Shown: piece by piece, positions 48,923 through 55,386 of the stretch
Layout of the letters: each line of letters starts with the position of its first letter
Position numbering within the stretch: position 1 is the stretch's first letter
From: Catajapyx aquilonaris
Taxonomy: Eukaryota
NCBI GenBank assembly: GCA_000934665.2
Contig: KZ538615.1
Span: 62,001 to 117,386, forward strand
Length of the DNA: 55,386 nt
Direction of reading: 5' to 3'
Notes under the pieces: model-generated
Databases searched by the model: none
The model's input: only the letters and a program-made list of their open reading frames with translations
Told to the model about the DNA's origin: nothing
Translations under genes and position numbers: made by a program

Positions 48923-51900
48923 TTATTCATTCTGCGCTGGACGTGTCTCTTCATAACACGATTCTGAGAACCAGTCCTCTTGCCGTGATAAAAAATCAAC
49001 GAAGTAATTGAGGTGGCGCAACAACACCTTCAACTTCCGTTCTGGAATGTTCATCTTGTATAGAAGCTCTGGAAGTTTCACTGCAAAAACCGGCATCCAT
49101 CATTGTTGAATATTAATTTTGTATGCTATGCAATATCAATAAAACTCCTTGAGCACCTTGAAAATTGGTAGCACAGCAACTTACCAAACAGGCGAGCAAG
49201 ATGTACCGCACCATAGAGAAAGGAGGCTGGAACTGGCACTTGAGAGGACAATGACTGGGGCACCAACTGCCAGTTCAGAACATCTGTAAGTAGGACCTGT
49301 TGTGGCCCATGGCATCCAGTCACTGCATTGGCAATGCTCGTACTAGAGCTGTTGGACGGCAGCACTGGCTGTGGTGGAGGTGGTGGTGGAAGCAGGGTGG
49401 ATCTCTGGAGGCGTCCATCTGGAAGTGTCTCTTCAGCAGTGGTCGACGTACTGCAGGAGCTTTCTGAGGAATTGCGCCCATTGAACACTCGGCGAGCAAA
49501 TGGGGTCACAGAGGAAGCTACTTCTGGAAGTGCTGGTTCCTCTTTCTTGGACATCAAAGACACATCTGTGTGGCCAAGCGTCTCGTCTTCTGCCACTGAC
49601 TCCATCGCCTCATCCTCTTCCCATGTGTCACGAGGCTCACTTTTAATGATGTTTTCTCGCTCAGGACTTGTGCTGAAATGAATGTGTAAAGTTATTCAAA
49701 GTTATAGTGTCACTACTGAGTTTGCAATTAATTTACGATGCTTGTATGGAAAAATATGCAAAACTACTTGAGCAAATTCAAATCAATAATTCAAGTACAG
49801 TCAATCTCCATTATTCATGTGTTCTGTGGTCGCTTATTCATATGAGATAAAGTGTAACCCATTTTTGCCATTTGCATCCACAAGCTTATTTGCTGCGTAT
49901 GCACATCTACTGTGAAGATTTACAGATATGGTCTTCCTTGTCTTCATGGCCCTGCAGGAACCTAACCCCCTTTTCCCATGTAGGAGTATTTGGGGATGTC
50001 CATATTCACAATGTTTTCAATGAACTGAACCCCTGCAAATTGCAGGGATTAAATGGATACATTATATTATCAGATGTTGAGGGTTGAATACTTTCACTAT
50101 ACACCCTCATAGAGTCATAGGAGTACGTCTTCTCCTCTCTCCTTGTCATGAATGTGGGTGGAGAGCCACCTTGGGTTTGCCAGAGCCATTGGTTCACTCA
50201 CATTTCCTTCTTGATGATCCCAGCAGGCTTAAAATTTTGCATACTCTGGAACTGGGGTTCTTCCTGGTCGTATAACAAGATGTCTCCCAGGCAGAAGTCA
50301 ATCAGGATGCGGAGCCCATCAGCCATCTCTTTGCAGAGATTGATGCTGAAATTACAATAGCACAGGCATTAGAGCAATTCATACTCACACAATGTGTGTA
50401 AACCAATTAAAATGCCCATATTAAATGGGGAGCAATCGTTTGGTACTATGCTGCTTGTTACTTACAGAAATCACTCTTTAGATATGAATCTGAATCTGAA
50501 TTATCCCTATATCCTGTGATGCAGCTCAAGATTAATGCCATATCAGAAGGGCTAAATAAGCGACACACCTTCCTTCGCAAATTTTGATATGAAAAGTATA
50601 TGCAAATGACAAGCGAATATGGTGCTAAACAAAATTTTGAAGAGCTCCATAATAATTCAACTCATTACTAAAAAACTTATGCGACAAAATAACGTCCAAT
50701 TAAGATTTTGTTTTCTTGTGAGATGCTGTTGGAAATTATATTTCTGTGTGTGTACAAATGTGATACTATTTTCACCATCTCACTGTAATGTCTGGCCTGC
50801 CTAATGATTTTACATGTGGCACTGTTTATTGTAATCCAGATTCCCCCCTGCTCAATAGTGTCGCAACTTGCACTGATGGAAGTTATTCACCAATTGTTGC
50901 TAAGAACGAATAACATCCATTAAACCTTTAACAAATCATCTGCTTTCAATGGTGCAGCCACATCTTAGGATATATCCTTCCGCATTTTAAGCACAACGAA
51001 TCTGCCAACTCATTCTTCATCCCTTAACCCTAATAAGACGGGCGTATCATAAGCTGATACGGTGGCTTAAAAAAATTCTGCTGTCGAAACTAGAGCATTT
51101 TCACACTATGTAACGTGGTTTCTGTGTGGCTTTTAAAATATTCTCTCGCGTAAAAAATCGCAAGTTTTGGACTACAAAATCGTGCATAAATAAACCGGAT
51201 TAACCAGATTAACTTGAATAAAATCATCTTTTTGCGGCCACTGAAAAAAAACTTTAAAAAAAAAAAACTTGACCGGCAGATTTTTGGCATACATAGTTAC
51301 TCCCAAACTCCTCAAGAGATTCCACCCTAAAATTAGTGCAAACGATGATTAAATATTTTAAAAGAAATAAATAATGTTTGTAAATGCCAATTAGCAGCTG
51401 GCGGGCGTCTGCGCACTTCAACCCTGGCCTCCGTCTGGCTGGAGGGCGCGTGCCCCCAGCGGTTTTTAAACAGCAGTGGCTCAAGGCATGATTACATTCG
51501 TGAGGGATTGTGTTTATCAATATAACTCGCCTAGCAGGCCTGTGACGTAATTCATGCCATGTGCTTATGTGCTGCTTTGTTCAGCGGTGCCAAGGCTACA
51601 TACCGAAATACTTTTTGTCAAGCAGGCAAAGTGACAAAAAATTGTAGTAGGCGCGAAACATACCCTATGCCACCTTGTTGGGCATTCCAGAGTTTCCACT
51701 GTGTATGGTATGAGATGGGGGTCACATAGATGGCCTCAGGATCAAGCCTGGGCACTAGACGATCTTATTCACTAGTGTATTCACGTCTCGTCCCCGTTAC
51801 CTAGTTTGTCGCCAGCTCAAGTGTTACATAAAGCGCCTCTGGGCAGCTTAGAACTAGTTCAGAGCAGCCAAATGGGCAGTCCATGCAAGGTATACATACT

Positions 51901-52843
51901 TCCTAGCTGCTCTCTCCCTCTCCTTGGCCCCTGCTGGCTCCCTCTGGTGGTGGTGGTGGTGGTGGTGACTTCCAGCTGCTCCCCCTCTCGTCTTCTCCTG
52001 CCCACATAACTGATTTACTGCAAAATCCTTCACATAAGTCTCAAGTATGTGCACAACATTAGGTTCAGCCGGAAGCCTCACAATCCGCCCCCGTTTTGCC
52101 ACGAGATCAAAGTCACCTTCCAGTCTACGCTTTAGTGCCTCTGGCAACTGCAGAGGGACCCTTTCCCTAACTGCGATTTCATACTCAGTTGCAGAGTCAA
52201 CCTCTTGCTCTGCCTCTGCCTCTGCATCTGGATCAGGCTTAATGGGATTAACTACATCATCTTCATCATCTAGGCTGGATGTTGAGTCAGATGAATCCTC
52301 TGACTCCTCTGTTGGGTCTGATTCATCTGAATCTTCCTCAGCATCCAGCATTGCATTCCAGTTGGCTACTGCCTCTGCTGCCCGTCCACGCAATCCATGA
52401 TGAGTGACCGGTCGCTGGGGTGCTCCTCGCTGCCTTTGTCGGCGATGCTCCATCCTGGTATCATGGTACTGCTGGATCTGTGTACGCCTTCCTTTTTGTC
52501 CTCTTTCACGTCTGCCTCCAGATGCAGCCTGTGTCACTCCAGGGGTACGTCGTGTGCTGCGACGCTGTCCCTCTGCCGTGCGTCTTGCAACTCGTGCTGC
52601 CTTTTCCTGCAGATGTATGTGAGCCTTTTCTGCCAATTCCTTCTGTAGGAGACGATTCTCCTCTGTGTCTTTCAGTACAAAGTCCTCACTGACACATCGA
52701 TCCCAAGAGGAGTTCCAACCCTGCAACACATTTTCAGTAAGTAATCTAAGTGCAGTCTTTTGTATAGAACTCACCTGGAAGTGGATCATGTATTCAATGA
52801 GTTTCCGCCCACGGCTGTCGCGTGTTGAGTGCACATCTAGCAC
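48923..52843 (-). CDS. msl-3: Male-specific lethal 3 (chromo-barrel plus MRG domain), 5'-incomplete
   Basis: Exons 52775-52843, 51900-52720, 50202-50345, 49185-49672, 48923-49080; phases consistent. Chromo-barrel EYMIHFQ|GWNSSWDRCVSEDFVLKDTEENRLLQKELA. MRG domain LPEALKRRLEGD..LPAEPNVVHILETY, CKEMADGLRILIDF..LLY, YGAVHLARLFVKLPE. The N-terminal exon(s) were not found and are presumably beyond the window end. Confidence 0.95.
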
Positions 52844-53641
52844 CTGGAAGACCAATTACGAATTTAGGAGCATGTTTTTATACGACACTTCAGTATTGCA
52901 ATTGATACACCTTTTGTAGGTAGCTTGACCTTGTGACACAACGGATTTGGGCAATTATGAGTTATATTGACCAATGAATACAGAAAATCTCTGATTCACT
53001 AGGATAAAGACTGAGTAATGTGACACTTACTCCAGAGTATAGGCAGGCAATGCTAACTTGCCATTGACATCATTGTTTTTTTTACCAACTCCTAGTCAAC
53101 AGAAATCTGCCGAACACACCCCTGGATCCTCACAAGTCCTGTTTCCATGGAAATGCTCTCACGTAACAATGTGAGCAAACGGAGTAAACATAGAAAACAA
53201 TAGAACCACAAATAGAACACTGCTTACGTCATGGCCTATTACTTAGGTCGCGCAACTCCCTCCCCTTATGTGTGAGCTTAGTTGCGCACGGGCTTGGCTG
53301 ATTTGGTGTCGTCCATGGAGCACTACGGTCCGTGTTCGGGTGGCTGGCGGACAGCTGTTCGATCCACGGGTCTATCCGTGGTTTGTTCGAACATCTGCTG
53401 ACCCAGCTGCAGTGTACGTCAGGACCGGTCAGGGGTTGGTTCAGAACGGTTCAAAAAAACGTCTGCCCAAACATGACTAGTTGTGCTCTGTGGAGCAACA
53501 CCAAGGCCAAATAGAACATTCTACCATGGGGGAGAATGCACCTAATAAGCTCACCAGCTTCCCCGTAGGGCCAGATAGGGAGTTGCGGGGGGCTGGTTTA
53601 CGTCAAAGAGTTCTACTATGTATACACCTAGAGGAAGTACT

Positions 53642-53932
53642 AATAATAATAATAATTCATACCCCGTTATCAGCCATCGGCTCATTAGGGGGGAAGATGG
53701 TTTTGCCTGGAACTCTTTGCTTTTCATTTTACTGTGCTCTTTGGGATAGGATAGGGACGGGAGGAAGCGGCTGTGGCCTATTAATTACGGAAGCAACTCC
53801 GGAACTTTCCTGGAAGGACCGTGGGAGACCACAGAAAACCACGGTCAGAGTTGCCGGCCCCGGGATTTGATCCCAGGACCTCCCGATTAGCAGTTGGATA
53901 CCATATCCCCTCCTCCAAACTGCTTCGGTCAC
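53642..53932 (-). mobile_element. tRNA-derived SINE, family A, copy 2
   Basis: Reverse complement starts GTGACCGAAGCAGTTTGG like the 13459 copy and shares its body and (ATT)n tail. Near-perfect 15-bp TSD CCTAG(A/G)GGAAGTACT at 53627-53641 and 53939-53953. Confidence 0.9.
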
Positions 53933-54101
53933 CTAGGTCCTAGGGGAAGTACTCCCTATCCTTTCCCATTAGCTAGGCTGAGGCATCTAGGGTAATATGG
54001 TTAGTCTGAGTTGTCTAACAACTGGGACAACAATTAGTCCAATAATGTCAAACATCCGTCATCTTTTAGGGTTATATTGTTGCCTGCCTCACATTTCAAC
54101 C

Positions 54102-54696
54102 CAAAGAGTTCCGCTATTATATAATATAACTAGCAGGTTACCCGACGTTGCCCGGGTATGTTATGGTGGTAGGCCTACAATGTAATGAGGGCATTACCAT
54201 GGAAATCTATGAATATTGTTAAATAGGTAATTGATAATTGGTTAATTGGGAATATGCGTGTTATGGGTGTCAGGTTCATTTTCGGAAGCTGAAACATGCG
54301 GCATTAAATTCCTTGAAAAATGTAACTCCCGATATGCTAATTTAAGGAGGTGTAGGGGCCTTCCCCCGGATTTCTATAAGGGACAAACATCCAAACTGAC
54401 AAACTTCCTTATTTATAGAGATAGAGATAGAGATACCTAGAGGAGGTACTCCCTATCCTTTTTCATTAGACAGGCTGAGGCAGCCGCCATCTTGTTGGAG
54501 GTCATATTGCTGTTCTAACAGTTGTCTAGCAACTGGGACAACAACCAATAATGACAACTGGGACGACAATTAGTTCAATAATGTCAGGCGTCCGCCATCT
54601 TGTTGGAGGTAATATTGTTGCCTGCATTGTTGCCAGCCTCACATTTCAGGCCGAGTGCCTCCTCTAGGTGTATATATAATATAGCAGAACTCTTTG
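54102..54696. mobile_element. TIR MITE, inner copy of the same family
   Basis: Left end CAAAGAGTTCCGCTAT, right end ATAGCAGAACTCTTTG, with longer inverted homology including CCTAGAGGAGG. Perfect 8-bp TSD TTTCAACC at 54094-54101 and 54697-54704. Confidence 0.88.
54130..54433 (-). mobile_element. Non-autonomous Helitron
   Basis: On the minus strand it starts TC(TCTA..) and ends CTAG. Subterminal hairpin ACCCG-GGCAACGT-CGGGT (54140-54157), a 5' TTTGTC-type microrepeat, and insertion between A and T with no TSD. Removing it restores the MITE left TIR. Confidence 0.85.
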
Positions 54697-54877
54697 TTTC
54701 AACCAGAGTCGTTCCTATATTACAGCAGAACTATTTGGTTTACGTCCACGTTTACTCCCATTGTTGCATGAGGGCATTTCCATAGATGCAGGAAAAGTTT
54801 GAGGTTCCAGGGGTGCATTTGGCATATTTCTGTTGACTAGGAGTCAGTAAATGAAACGATGACATACAGTCAAAGTA

Positions 54878-54932
54878 ACAGTCGAAGTAAGGGTGGGACG
54901 CCTATATGGCGTCCCACCCTTACTTCGACTGT
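54878..54932. repeat. Perfect 25-bp inverted repeat with 5-nt loop
   Basis: ACAGTCGAAGTAAGGGTGGGACGCC-TATAT-GGCGTCCCACCCTTACTTCGACTGT. Confidence 0.95.
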
Positions 54933-55386
54933 ATGTCACTGACAAGGGACATTTCCCGGGTGATAATGACAGATCTTGATGAAACTTAACATGCTAATAG
55001 ATGACAATATTATTATGATAACCAAAAATGAGATATTTTGGGCAGAGGCCCATATTTGCAAAAGTTATGATGTCTTAAGAGCACGCTCTAGGCTACGCTA
55101 TTCATTGTTGCGGGTAGCCCGTCGCGGGCCGGCCCGTGAGTTTGACACTTCTTCCTCTCGCTGTCACGGCCGCAAATATGGAGGTATCGGCATGAAACTG
55201 GAGTATCTGGACGCGAAAGGGTTGCCCTTTGAGATGGTGCGCTTATTTTTCTCCTGAAGCGATATTTGCGGCCGCCGCGGCCAGATACTGTTTTTTATTT
55301 TGACCCGCAATAACTTCTTTCCATGTCGGTACCAGTGAAATTCGAGGCTGTCACGAGGTTTTTACGGCGAATTACCGTAAGTGTGT

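Larger units (their letters stand above)
53604..54737. mobile_element. TIR MITE, outer copy (8-bp TSD; P-like or hAT-like)
   Basis: Left end CAAAGAGTTCTACTAT, right end GCAGAACTATTTG. Perfect 8-bp TSD GTTTACGT at 53596-53603 and 54738-54745. Confidence 0.85.

Noticed and set aside
51024..51500. piggyBac-like left end TTAACCCT in an MSL3 intron
   Set aside because: No matching right end AGGGTTAA found.
43255..52919. Numerous antisense or alternate-frame ORFs over DDX11, CCDC115 and MSL3 exons
   Set aside because: Shadows of real coding sequence with no independent support.
1..55386. CRISPR arrays, operons or prokaryotic defence systems
   Set aside because: The sequence is intron-containing arthropod DNA; no regularly spaced repeat-spacer array was seen.

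Overview
Eukaryotic arthropod (most likely insect) genomic DNA with short GT-AG introns, in two very different halves. About 1-25 kb has no intact gene I can build. It holds decayed transposon-like or virus-like DNA, including a Helitron Rep/helicase N-terminal fragment and a tRNA-derived SINE with a clean target-site duplication. About 26-53 kb is a compact gene block: three tandem RR-2 cuticular protein genes (-), a Methuselah-like GPCR (-), DDX11/Chl1 helicase (-), CCDC115/Vma22 (+) and a 5'-incomplete MSL3 (-). All exon models were built by hand and keep reading frame. The most notable observations: (1) CCDC115 and MSL3 stop codons are 37 nt apart, and each gene's nearest canonical AATAAA lies in the last intron of the other gene; CCDC115 also shares a 212-nt head-to-head spacer with DDX11. 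(2) A stop-free, in-frame 54-nt intron splits the MSL3 chromo-barrel aromatic cage. (3) A four-element transposon nest upstream of the visible MSL3 exons resolves junction by junction (MITE containing a SINE and a same-family MITE, which contains a Helitron). (4) One RR-2 protein has cysteines inside its chitin-binding motif and a four-copy Pro/Val-rich repeat. I could not establish a genuinely new biological system. The unexplained 1-16 kb block is the best place to look for one.
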